A stretch of 64,000 nucleotides of DNA from Planctomycetota bacterium (GCA_039190745.1 JBCCXZ010000008.1:1-64000), one strand, 5' to 3'; numbered from the stretch's first letter, positions 28,553 through 39,151 are shown. The notes: generated from the sequence alone by a model not told the origin. A program made the numbers and translations.

Positions 28553-31540
28553 ATGAGAATCCTGAAACTCACGCTCCGCCCGAGTGGCGACTGGGCCGCC
28601 GCCGACAGTGTCGTCGCCTACGGTTCCGCAGCCGACAGAGCTCCGCTGCGGGTGGACCTCTCCGACCGCCCGTTCACGGTCGTCCACAGCAACCAGCATC
28701 ACAAGCTCAACGCCACGTCAGACGCCATACGGCATACGCTCTACGGCACGCCGCGCAGCGATGGCTTATTCTTCTCTGCTGAACAGCCGTTGCTCGCGTC
28801 GGTGGGAGTCACCGCCGGCAACGCCGAGTATACCCTGCAACGACCGGGCGATGGCCCGCTGCGCTTCACAGCGGCAGACGGAGCAGGACCGGGCGAAGCC
28901 AAGCAGCTGTTCCCCGAACTAGAACGCCTCGCCCCGTCGGCGGCCGATACCCTTCACGCAGTCGACCTTCACGACGAAGCCGGCCTCAACGCCCTGCTCA
29001 ACCCCGGGTTCACCCGCGAGTTCCGCCGCGCCGTCCACGATCTCCGCGCCCCGACCTCCGTCGATCGCGCAAGCCTGCTCCACCGGCGCGACGCCCTCGC
29101 CAAACAGATCGAGGAGCTGCTTGCCGAGAGCCGCGCAACCAGCACCGATCTTACAGCCGCCATCGAACAGATCGACCATAAGCTCGCCGAGCTCGACCAG
29201 CACGCCGCCCGGCTCCGCGACGAGCTGCACGGCCTCAACACCGCCGCCGGTTGGGAGAAGGCCGAAGCCCTACGCCGCGAGATCGAATCCCGCGCCACGG
29301 TGCTCACCGAAGCCGACCGCAAACGCATCGAGTCGGAGGCCGCTGCGCTCGACCAACAAGTCGTCGACTGCCGCTCCACGGTCCGTCAGCTCGAAACGCG
29401 CCAGCAAGAGCTCCGGCGCGTCGTCGCCGAGACACAGCCAGACGGGCGTGCCGACGGCCCCGGCGGCGTCTTCCAACAACGCGAGGCCATCGCCTCCGCC
29501 GAGCGGGTGCTCGACGCGCTTGACGCCGAGGTCGGCCAAGTCGCCGCCGCCATCGAGTCGGACAAACCCATCGACCGCGCCGCCCACGCCAAGCTCCGCC
29601 CACTGGCTGCAATGCTCCGCGAGCAGCTCAACGGACTCTGCAGTTTGGTTGTCGAGCAGCAACGCGCCCAGCAACGCCGCGACGCGGTCGCCGAGCAGCG
29701 TCAGCTCGAACGGGCGCTCGCTGAACTCGCCGACCGGCTTGAGCTGTTGCTCTCGCAACGCGAGTCGCTCGTCGCCCCGCTCAACACCCGCTGGACACCC
29801 CGCATACTGCCGCCCGAGAAGCGGCGAGGCGCTTATGAAGCAACGCGGTCTTCGGAGAAACACTACCCGGAGAACCTCGCCGACGAGCAGCACCGCCTCG
29901 CCGCCGAACTCTGCCGCGTTGAGACCGGGGCCGAAGACCTCCGCATCCGCAAGCAAGAGCTGCAAGACCAACGCGCAAGGCTGGTCACCACCGCCCGCGT
30001 CGACCGGCTCCAAGCGGAACTCGCCGACATCGAGAACCGACTCCGCACCGGCGTGCCAGCGCAAGAAGACCAACCACCCGCCACGCTCCGCGCCTCCGAC
30101 CTGCTCGCACAACTCACCGCCGGCGAGCTCGTCCAGCTCCGCCCCGCCGCCGACGGCCGCGCCGTCTCCGTCATCGACCGCCGCGGCGACAGGTGGGACT
30201 CTTCCCGCATCACCCCTCAGCTCCGCGACCAACTCTTTCTTGCCATGCAGCTCGCCATGGTGGACGCCTGCGCCGCACGCGGCATCCGCCTGCCCGTGGT
30301 GCTCAACGCCCCGTTCACCCGGCTCGACGGCCAAGCCTCCGCGGCCCTGGCCGCCGTGCTCGGCGACTTCGCCCTCCGCGGCAACCAGGTCGTCGTCCTC
30401 ACCGACAGCGAACAAGCCCTCGGCCACTGCCTCGCCAGCGGAGCCGTGCTCTGCCGATTCAACGAGCCGGTGCAGCTACCAACACCCGCTCCCCCGGTCG
30501 CCTCCTCAAAACTCCGCGTCGTCCGCGAGCCCCGCGACGGCTCCGACTCCTACAGCGCGAAGACCGACTGCGAATCCAGCGACCCCGACGATGTCTTCTA
30601 CCTCCGCCTTACCAGCCAGATGCACGCGTTCCCCGTGCTCGGTGACGAGACCGGCGAGGCATTCTCCGCCGCCGGCATCACCACCGTCGCCGACCTGCTC
30701 GACGCCGATCCAGAAACCCTCGCCCGCCGCCTCGACCGCCCCCGCATCACCTCCACCACCGTACGGCTCTGGCAGACGCACACGCGCCTGCTCTGCACCA
30801 TCCCCGGCGTCACACTCGCCGACGCCCAGGTGCTCGCCGCCGCCGGCTTCGGCCCGCTCCGCACGCTGGCCGGCGCTACGGTCGACTCTATCCGCGACAG
30901 CGTTGACGACGTCCTCGCCACCGAAGAAGGCAGCCGCTTCAGCCGGGCCGCCGCCTACCTTACGCCCGACCGCCTCGAAGCCTGGATCGCCGCCGCCCAA
31001 GAGACTGTCCGCCGCGGAGCGGCCCGCCCCTCGAACAAGCCCAAGCAACGCGCTCGCAAGACCGCCAAGACTGCCGCGGCCAGCAAACCCAAACCGACCG
31101 TCCGCAAGTTCTACCTCTCGCTCGACAGCGACGTCGAAGACGGCCCCTCCATCGGGCCCAAGACCGCCGAGAAGCTCGCCGCGGTCGGCGTCCGCACCGT
31201 TGCCGACCTGCTCAACGCCGACCCCGCCTCCGTCGCCGATGAGCTCGACGTGTCGCACATCCGCGCCGCCCAGCTCGTCGACTGGCAGCACCAGGCCCGC
31301 CTCGTCTGCCGCGTCCCCAACCTGCGGGGAACCGGTGCTCAACTGCTTGTCGCCTGCGGCTTCACCAAGGCCGAACAAATCGCCAGCGCCGAGCCCGAGT
31401 CCTTCGTCCGAAAGATCGCCGCCTTCTGCCGCTCCAAGCCCGGCGAGCGCATCCTCCGCGGCAGCAAAGCCCCCGCCCCCGAGCGGATCGCCGGTTGGAT
31501 CAAGAACGCGGCCGCAGCACGCTCGCTGGAAGCGGCCTAG
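28553..31540 (+). CDS. SMC/YhaN-like coiled-coil protein with degenerate ABC-ATPase motifs and two C-terminal DUF4332-like (HhH) domains
   Basis: Long coiled coil; QLRDQLFLAMQLA...LPVVLNAPFTRLD (signature/Walker B region); repeated GITTVADLLDADP and SIGPKTAEKLAAVGVRTVADLLNADP...WQHQARLVCRVPNL. Confidence 0.75.
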   Translation: MRILKLTLRPSGDWAAADSVVAYGSAADRAPLRVDLSDRPFTVVHSNQHHKLNATSDAIRHTLYGTPRSDGLFFSAEQPLLASVGVTAGNAEYTLQRPGDGPLRFTAADGAGPGEAKQLFPELERLAPSAADTLHAVDLHDEAGLNALLNPGFTREFRRAVHDLRAPTSVDRASLLHRRDALAKQIEELLAESRATSTDLTAAIEQIDHKLAELDQHAARLRDELHGLNTAAGWEKAEALRREIESRATVLTEADRKRIESEAAALDQQVVDCRSTVRQLETRQQELRRVVAETQPDGRADGPGGVFQQREAIASAERVLDALDAEVGQVAAAIESDKPIDRAAHAKLRPLAAMLREQLNGLCSLVVEQQRAQQRRDAVAEQRQLERALAELADRLELLLSQRESLVAPLNTRWTPRILPPEKRRGAYEATRSSEKHYPENLADEQHRLAAELCRVETGAEDLRIRKQELQDQRARLVTTARVDRLQAELADIENRLRTGVPAQEDQPPATLRASDLLAQLTAGELVQLRPAADGRAVSVIDRRGDRWDSSRITPQLRDQLFLAMQLAMVDACAARGIRLPVVLNAPFTRLDGQASAALAAVLGDFALRGNQVVVLTDSEQALGHCLASGAVLCRFNEPVQLPTPAPPVASSKLRVVREPRDGSDSYSAKTDCESSDPDDVFYLRLTSQMHAFPVLGDETGEAFSAAGITTVADLLDADPETLARRLDRPRITSTTVRLWQTHTRLLCTIPGVTLADAQVLAAAGFGPLRTLAGATVDSIRDSVDDVLATEEGSRFSRAAAYLTPDRLEAWIAAAQETVRRGAARPSNKPKQRARKTAKTAAASKPKPTVRKFYLSLDSDVEDGPSIGPKTAEKLAAVGVRTVADLLNADPASVADELDVSHIRAAQLVDWQHQARLVCRVPNLRGTGAQLLVACGFTKAEQIASAEPESFVRKIAAFCRSKPGERILRGSKAPAPERIAGWIKNAAAARSLEAA

Positions 31541-31641
31541 CACCCGGCCTCAGGGGAAAAAGCTTTCACCCCACAGACGGCCAGCCGCACCCTCCCATCC
31601 AAACCCCTCCTGCCCCAACCCGTTGCCCCGTCGCCCCGCCT

Positions 31642-31671
31642 TTGACACCTTTTTCACCGCCGTCCTATACT
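31642..31671 (+). promoter_or_regulatory. Sigma70-type promoter for the 31822 gene
   Basis: TTGACA (31642-31647), 18 nt spacer, TATACT (31666-31671) in an intergenic region. Confidence 0.65.
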
Positions 31672-31821
31672 TGTAGTAGAGCGCAAGCCGCGTAGCCGTA
31701 TAAGGCTCCCGCACGATCGCGTCTCGATTCGCGAGCCCGGGCCAAGACACCACCCCCCGGCTCGGAGCGGAAGGACACCCGCCAGCAGGCTGCACACACG
31801 AAGAAGGGACACCCCCACGCG

Positions 31822-32565
31822 ATGAATCCGTACAGCTCGCTTTCGGACGACTTCTACCTCAACCTCAATCTCAGCACCGAGATGGAGCTCCCCAGCGCCC
31901 GCGAAACGGTGCTGCACTACTTCGAGCAGATCCAGAAGAAGTTCCCCCAGATGCGGAACTTCTACTCCCGAGACAAGAACGACTTCGTCCTCGAAGAAGA
32001 CAAAGACCGCGGCAACTACCGCTGGGCCACCGTCGAGCCCCGCCGCATCTGCTCCGGGCAAGTGAACCCCGAGTCGCTCGAAGACGCCCTCGTGCAGCAC
32101 CGCCACGTGCTCGACACGGCGCCCTACGCCCTCTCGATCAGCCCGCTCGACTGCGAGGCCCTCGACCTCATGCTGGGCTTCGACTTCACCTACCGCGGCA
32201 ACCACAACCAGCTCATCGCCGAGGCCCTCGGCATCTGCCCCGCGATGGAACGGCTCAGCCACATCCCCGGCAGCACCATCATCAACAACGAGCCGAACCT
32301 CACGTTCGCCCTCGACGAAGAGTGCCGCCTGCAGTGCCGCCTGAGCGTCGAGCCCCGCACCAACGCCTACCAGATCCGCACCGGCGAGTACCAGGAAGAC
32401 CAGATCAGCGTCTACGTCACCGCCCGCCAATACGGCAGCCTCGGCGCCGACGACACCTTCCTCAAGGCCCTCGACCGCCTCACCGACGTCTGCCGCGAAG
32501 TAGTAGACGACTACGTGGTCGACGCCATTCTCCAACCGCTGGCGCGAACGATTTCGCTGGAGTAG
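31822..32565 (+). CDS. Conserved hypothetical protein
   Basis: Clean ORF with host-like GC3 codon bias, RBS-like AAGGGA and a good promoter upstream. No motif recognised. Confidence 0.8.
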   Translation: MNPYSSLSDDFYLNLNLSTEMELPSARETVLHYFEQIQKKFPQMRNFYSRDKNDFVLEEDKDRGNYRWATVEPRRICSGQVNPESLEDALVQHRHVLDTAPYALSISPLDCEALDLMLGFDFTYRGNHNQLIAEALGICPAMERLSHIPGSTIINNEPNLTFALDEECRLQCRLSVEPRTNAYQIRTGEYQEDQISVYVTARQYGSLGADDTFLKALDRLTDVCREVVDDYVVDAILQPLARTISLE

Positions 32566-32629
32566 CTCGCACCCCTTCCGGGGTCAGTATTTCTCTCTGC
32601 TGCGCGACCCGTACGTCTGTCGTTCGAGA

Positions 32630-32857
32630 GTGAACGGCGAGATCGCCATCACCGAGTCGCTCACCATCGACGGCCTCGCCAACACACCCAACGGCGTCAT
32701 CATCGACGCCTCCGGCAGCGACCCCGACGGGGACGCCCTCAACGGGGCCCGCATCTTCAACGTCACCGACACCGCTGGCAACGGCGCCGCCGCCAACTAC
32801 CTCTTCCGCTGCCTCACGCTCACCGGCGGCGAATCTTCACACCCCATAGCCGCCTGA
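32630..32857 (+). pseudogene. Orphan fragment of a CSLREA-type adhesin N-terminal region
   Basis: GEIAITESLTIDGL...GVIIDA...GARIFNV...YLFRCLTLTGG parallels GQLDITNPIIIDGL...GSRIFEF...YLLKGLTLTGG downstream of 34906. No leader. Confidence 0.7.
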
Positions 32858-32915
32858 TTCGGCTACAACGATAATCATCGCCGAACATTACTCACCCGGT
32901 TCGAAAGCGCTTCCC

Positions 32916-33960
32916 ATGCGAAGACTCTGCTACATCGTGGCTGCGTTAACATCTGCCCCTCTCAGCCCGGCAACAGGCGCCGCCATCTTCGAGAGCGGTA
33001 CGCTCGGGCAGACCGGGCAATCGTTCCAAGAGGTACCCGGCACTAGCGTCCAGTCTGGCATATTCACCGGCGTCCGCTTCGAGCTGGCTAAGCCGGTGTT
33101 TGCAACGGAGATTGGCGGCCACTTCGTTTCCACAACTCCGGGAAGCTTCTTTGGAGCAGTTGTGTCGCTAGACGACGAGAACGATTTCCCCGATTCCCTT
33201 GATTTATCCACGCCCGATGTCCTAGGAACTGCATTGCTAACATTTCCTGCTCTCTCCGATGAGGTCTTCGGAAGCGTATCCTTGCGCCTCGATCCGGGTT
33301 GGTACGCTCTCGCTTTCGGCAGTGGCCTCTTTGGAGCTACTGGGTCGGGAGGTGCGACACGAAATAATTATTGGAGAGCAAGACTATATTGGTTTATTAA
33401 CAGACCCCGGTTGGTTCCAGCTCTCTGATCTAAGTGACGTAGTTCTCTTTGTGGACCATCGTTTCGTGATTAACGGCTTTGTGGTACCTGAGCCAGCCAC
33501 TAGCAGCTTGCTCTCGCTCATACTGTGCTACATTCTGAAGCGCCGTCCGACTCGAAAGCAACCTTCGCAAGCAGGCCGCAAATTGCGGGTGGAAGCCTTT
33601 GAAGACCGTCGTGTCCTTGCGCAGTTCGTCGTTGATTCATCGCTCGATGTTGTTGACCCAAACGATGGCTTGGTAACTCTTCGTGAAGCAGTGCAAGCTG
33701 CAGATCTCAGCACGAACCAAGACGAGATCATCTTTGACCTCGACCCTGTAATCGATGGCACCACGATTCAGCTCACCCAAGGCCAGATCTCCATTGCCAA
33801 CCCCGTCATCATCGACGGCCTCTCCCAAGGCCCCGACGGGGTAACCATCGTCGCCGACGACCCCGACACGCAAGTCGACGGCAACGGCTCTCGGATCTTC
33901 AACATCGAGATCTCCCCGAACGGCGGAGACGGCGTCATTCCATTCGCTGTCGCAGCGTGA
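32916..33960 (+). pseudogene. Cassette 1: PEP-CTERM protein fused to planctomycete export leader + truncated CSLREA domain; frameshift near 33369
   Basis: ORFs 32916-33428 and 33259-33960 together align with the paralog at 34025. A 5-nt deletion relative to that copy (AAT AAT T ATT GGA vs AAC AAC CCG GAC ATC GGA) shifts the frame. Contains VVPEP, TM, KRR, RKLRVEAFEDRRVLA, VTLREAV. Confidence 0.8.
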
Positions 33961-34024
33961 CCCGGGTACACTCAATGAAATCATTGTGCGTTCTCATACC
34001 ATTCGTCTTCCGCGGAGATCCGAC

Positions 34025-37000
34025 ATGCGACTCCTGTTCTGCCTGCTCCTGAGCGCAGCGTTCATTAACACTACGGCTCATGCGGCAACTATCTTCGAGA
34101 GCGGCACGCTCGGCCAGACCGGCCTGACCGTCCAAGACATCTTCGATGGAGTCACCGGCGGCACCAATGTCCAACCATCCATCTTCACCGGCGTACGCTT
34201 CGAGCTAACCGAGCCGGTGCGTACCACGGAAGTCGGCGGGCATTTTGTGGCCTCGTCCCCGGGAACGTTCTTTGGAGCAATCGTCGCACTCGACGACGAA
34301 GATGATTTTCCGGACTCGGAAGACCTCTCGACCCCGGACGTTCTAGGAGTCACCGAACTTGCGTTTCCAGTTGAATCGGAACAGGTATTCGGCGATCTAT
34401 CGCTACTCCTCCAACCCGGTTGGTACGCGCTCGCCTTCGGCAGCGGGCTGTTTGGCACTTCCGGTCAAGGAGCGGCTCTCAGAAACAACCCGGACATCGG
34501 AAGCCCAACTTACATCGGCCTCCAATCGCGCCCGGGGCGGTTCAATCTATCCGATCTAAGCGATGCAATCCTCTTTGAAGATCATCATTTCGTGGTCAAG
34601 GGCATTGTAGTTCCAGAACCCGGAGGAGCAGGCTTGTTCGCTTCACTGGCATGCTGGCTGCTCAAACGTCCTAGACCACAACGATCCACGCCTCAACATG
34701 GTCGCAGACTACGACTGGAAGCGTGCGAAGAACGGCGTGCCTTGGCTACACTGACGGTGGATTCTACGCTAGACGTAGTCGACCCCAATGACGGAGTTAC
34801 GACCCTCCGAGAAGCAGTAGAGGCAGCGGAGGGAAACTTCGAACCAGACGAAATCCTCTTCGACCTAGACGAAGTCGTCGACGGGACCACCATCCAACTC
34901 ACCTAAGGCCAGCTTGACATCACCAACCCCATCATCATCGACGGCCTCTCCCAAGGCCCCGACGGGGTCACGATCATCGCCGACGACCCGGACACGCAAG
35001 TCGACGGCGACGGCTCTCGCATCTTCGAGTTCGACATCTTCACCGGCCCTGCCGACGACGAACAGTATCTGCTCAAGGGCCTGACCCTCACCGGCGGAGA
35101 CGCGACCAGCGATGGCGGAGCCGTCTTATTCGACAAAAGCGGCAACGGCGCCGTTGAGTTTCGAATCGAAGACAGCACATTCCTCAGCAACCAAACCGCG
35201 AGAGCGGGCGGAGCTGTTTATGTTTCATCTAGCAACAGACTTTCGCTCTATGTCGAGCGGACCGTGGTCTCTGGCAATCAAGCCGGGCTAGATTCCAGCG
35301 CCGGCCGTGGAGGCGGTATCGGAGTCCGCGAGGCAGAGTCGGTCAACATCACCGATAGCATCTTCTTCGGCAACGAGACCGTCGACACTCTTGGAGGAAA
35401 AGGAGGCGGCCTGTACCTCTACTTCGGGTCCTCTTTGTCGAACCCACAAGACGCGACCATCACTAGGAGTGTGTTTCGGCAGAACAAATCTCTGGGCGAA
35501 GCAAACGAGACGGGCGGGGGCGGCATCTACGCCAACCTCGAAGGAGACCGCGCGGCCGGCAGCTCGATACCTACGCTTGAAATTGTAGACTCCACCATCA
35601 GCGGCAACGAAGCCCGAGAAGACGGCGGCGGCCTCTGGGTGTGCACCAAATACGGAGCGGTCTTCGAGATGCGTGGCAGCACCGTCTCAGGAAATCAGAC
35701 AGGACGCATCGAAGGAACAGGAGGCTACGGAGACCCGCTGGTGTTTACCGGAGACGGGGGCGGCGTTTGGATTGGGATGCTTGGAGATCGACCAGAAGTC
35801 TACCTAGATTCTTCGATCGCGAACGTGACCGTCTCAGGGAACAGCGCGATAAGTCGTGGCGGCGGCATGTGGGCAGGCATCGTGCCCAGTGGGCCCGAAG
35901 GCGATTTTGATCTCGCCTTGGATCACACAACCATCACCGACAACCGCTCCCCAAATGGCGGCGGCCTCTACAGCGACCCCGACGCCACCCTCCTCCGCAT
36001 CGACACCCTCCTCAGCAACACGATCGTCTCCGCCAACCAAGTCTCCGACACCAACGCCGCTCCCAACAACATCGCCGGCGCCATCAACCAGACGTCCGAC
36101 TACAACCTCTGGGGCACGAGTACCGCCGTTCTGCCATCGCTCAACAACATCATTAATGACAACCCCGGCCTCACCCCGCTCCAGGACAACAACGGCTTCA
36201 CGCTCCCAGACGGCAGCACGATCCTCACCCACGAGCCGCTCGCCGACAGCCCTGCCATTAACAACGGCGACCCTGCAGTCCTGTTCGACCCCAACGACTT
36301 CGACCAACGCGGCGCCGGCTTCGAACGGGTCATCGGGAACCGAGTTGACATCGGAGCTGTAGAGTTCCAGCCCGACGACGGCGGACCCAAAGTCATCGAC
36401 ATCCGCATCGACGGCTCCGGCTGGGGCAGAGACGCCTACTCGTTCGCCGCGATCGTCCCCGCGGGCGAGCAGCTCCGGCCGATCTTCACGCAGGGCGCAG
36501 ACACCATCGAGATCCAGTTCGATCAGAACGTCGTCCTGGCCGGCAGCGGCTCTGAACTGACCCTCAAGACCGACAACGGCGTCGCCCTCCCGGGCGTCAC
36601 CTACGTTGGGTTTGACCCCATACTCAATGTGGCGACATGGACCGTCGCCGGCGGGTTGCCCGACGGCAAGTACGCCATCCACCTCGACAACACCATCACC
36701 AACGGCGCCGGCACGCTGCTCGACGCCGACTGGGTCAACCCCGACAACAATACCCCCGATTACTACCCAGACGACATTTACGACCCAGAGTACGTCTCGT
36801 CCTTCACACCCGGCGACGGCATGCCGGGCGCCAGCGGTGGCGGGTTCCGCTTCCACTTCGCTCTGTTGGCCGGCGACTACGACGGAGACGGCCTCGTCGA
36901 GGGCGAAGCCACCGGAGACGACTTTCTACAAGCGTTCGGCCCCGACCCCAACCCTAATGCCGATGGAGACGGAGACGGGAACGGCGGGCTGTTTTCCGAT

Positions 37001-38278
37001 GCGCTGGTCGCGGTCAGCAATAACGGAGCAAAGCTCTCCCTCAAGGCATTCGGCGACGCCGACTTCAACGACGACGAGGTTGTCGACGATCTGGACCTGG
37101 CCTTGTGGGAGATCACCGTCGGCGAAACCATGTTCGAAGAGGCGGAGCGCGGGGACGGCGACGCGGACGGCGACGGCAAGGTCGATTCACTCGACCTCGC
37201 TTACTGGGAAGCCCAGTTCGGCGCCACGCCGCCCACTGACGGCTCACCCAGCGCCGATTTCGATGACGATATGGATGTCGATAACGCCGACCTCCTCATC
37301 TGGCAAACCGGCTTCGGCAAGGGCACCGGCAACGCAGACAACGATTCCGACGTCGGCATCGCCGACCTGCTGATCTGGAACAGCTCCTTCGGCCGAGAGT
37401 CCGCCTGGTACGTCTCCACCGCAAGCGTCATCGCGACCGTCACCGCCGGCGACTTCGCACCCTGGTTAGATGACGTCGTCATCAGCGGCTCGATCTCGAT
37501 CCACAACCCCTACTCATTCGACGCGGTCGTTGACGGCTCGGGCGACCAGCTCATCACCGTCCCCGTCGGCGGGGCCGACACCATCGCCATTACCTTTAGT
37601 GAACCGGTAAACGTCAGCGCCGGCAGCCTTTCGGTCGTCGGGCTCACCCAGTCGTTCGTCCCGTTGGTCGCCCAGTTCGACTACAACCCCGGCACACACA
37701 CCGCCACGTGGCGGCTTGAGAACTGGAACATCCACGGAGACCAGTACCTGCTGAGCCTGACCGACGCCGTCACCGACGCCGACGGAAACCGGCTCGATGG
37801 AGAATGGACCAACCCGCAATCGGTCAACACAACGGCCGGATCGGCCAGCAACTTCCCCTCCGGAGACGGTGACCCCGGGGGCCGCTTTGACTTCCTGATG
37901 ACCCTGCTGCCGGGCGACGCCGACCTCGACAACGACGTCGATATGGACGACTGGGACATCTTTGACGCCAACATGGGAATCACCAACGGCACATTCACCA
38001 CGGCCGACTTTAGCGGCGACGGCATCGTCTCACTCTTCGGCGACGGCTTCGTTATTGTCGCCTACATGGACTGGAACCTGCAGAACGCAACGCTCTCCGC
38101 AGACCTCGATGGCGACGGGGACGTCGACGGAGACGACCTCGAAACCGTCCTCGACAACCTCGGCATGACCAACCCCACGGCCGCCGATGGCGACCTCGAC
38201 GGCGACGGGGACATCGATATCGAGGACCTCGACCACGCCTTCAGGCTGTTCGGCATCGAACTCGACCTCGTCGCGTAG
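34025..38278 (+). pseudogene. Cassette 2 plus body: PEP-CTERM domain, export leader, CSLREA, beta-helix/choice-of-anchor Q and dockerin-like repeats; interrupted by one in-frame TAA at 34904-34906
   Basis: ORFs 33986-34906 and 35264-38278 share a frame and the sequence between them is open and coding (GQLDITNP...GGAVYV). The paralog has CAA at the TAA position. Motifs: VVPEP, RRLRLEACEERRALA, TTLREAV, GGG(I/L/V)(Y/W) repeats, PGLTPLQDNNG...SPAINNG...DQRG...VDIGAVE, GDADGDGKVDSLDL. 35264-38278 could also be annotated as a standalone CDS. Confidence 0.75.
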
Positions 38279-38318
38279 CCGCCGGCGAGGCCTCGGGTTC
38301 TCCTCATTTCCTTGCTGA

Positions 38319-38575
38319 CCATTTTCTTGCTGAAAATGGCCGCGCGTTCTGATAAACAGAAGGCGTGCAGTCAACCGCTCCGCAACGCGACCGCGTGCGA
38401 ACCCGTTCCGTCACCGAAAACTCGACACGAATGAACGCAAACGCAAAGAATTAAGTCCGCCCGCAACTAGCCGCGACGCTACGCGTCGCTGGCGAACCCG
38501 CATCGGAGCCTGACAAAAGAAAAGACTTTTGGCGTATCGCCGCGTGTACGCGATTTCGTGCCTAAAGACAAAACC
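38319..38575 (+). repeat. Dispersed structured repeat family, copy B
   Basis: Head CCATTTTCTTGCTGAAAATGGCC; core TTAAGTCCGCCCGCAACTAGCCGCGACGCTACGCGTCGCTGG; tail GACTTTTGGCGTATCGCCGCGTGTACGCGATTTCGTGCCTAAAGACAAAACC, near-identical to the tail of copy C (~59157-59208). Confidence 0.8.
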
Positions 38576-38587
38576 AGGAGGAGGAGA

Positions 38588-38992
38588 TCAACCCAGCAAA
38601 CGATTCACGCTCTGGATCAGCCGGTCCATCGGGAACGGCTTCCGCACGTAGTCGTCGACGCCCAGCATCTCGGCGTACGCCTTGTGCCGGGCGCCCTCGT
38701 TCGCCGTGATCATGATCACCCGCTGACGCCGGTCGCCCTCGGCCATCCGCTTCAGCCGCTCCAGCACCAGGAACCCGCTCCGCTTGGGCATCATCATGTC
38801 GAGGATCACCAAATCCGGCTGCTCGCGCTCGATCAGCGCGAGCCCCTGGTTCCCGTCGCGGGCCACCAGAACCTCGTAGTCCTGGGCCTCCAGCGCCAAA
38901 CGCAGCGACTCGATAATCTCCGCGTCGTCGTCAACCAACAAAATCCGCTTCGCACCGGAACCGGAGTCTTTTTTCGATTTATCGTCAGCCAT
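38588..38992 (-). CDS. Single-domain response regulator
   Basis: ILLVDDD, DLVILDMMMP (phospho-Asp), MITA, YVRKPF. Confidence 0.92.
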   Translation of the reverse strand: MADDKSKKDSGSGAKRILLVDDDAEIIESLRLALEAQDYEVLVARDGNQGLALIEREQPDLVILDMMMPKRSGFLVLERLKRMAEGDRRQRVIMITANEGARHKAYAEMLGVDDYVRKPFPMDRLIQSVNRLLG

Positions 38993-39151
38993 TTCAGCCT
39001 TGAGCCGGCAGCTTGAATGTGATGGAAACCGGCAGCACCAGCCCCAACCGGCCGGCTCCTGCCAAGCGGCCCACCCTACCACTTCCCCCCGGATTTTCAA
39101 CCGGCGCCCCCGCGCTTCACACGCCGTCGCCTAGCGGGGTCTAATGGCCCA

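Noticed and set aside
29121..31676. 851-aa alternative-frame ORF, and similar long overlapping ORFs (44615-46705, 61104-63374, 24138-25628)
   Set aside because: Low-complexity off-frame or antisense products overlapping well-supported genes.
34904..34906. Programmed recoding (Sec/Pyl) at the internal stop
   Set aside because: The codon is TAA, not TGA or TAG, and the paralog has Gln (CAA), so a point mutation or sequencing error is simpler.
38319..38341. Sigma54 promoter on the reverse strand of the repeat head (GGCCATTTTC.GC)
   Set aside because: GG-to-GC spacing is 9 nt rather than the required 10.
38335..38434. Small peptide starting at the conserved ATGGCC of the repeat head
   Set aside because: The three copies give unrelated products, one stopping after three codons.
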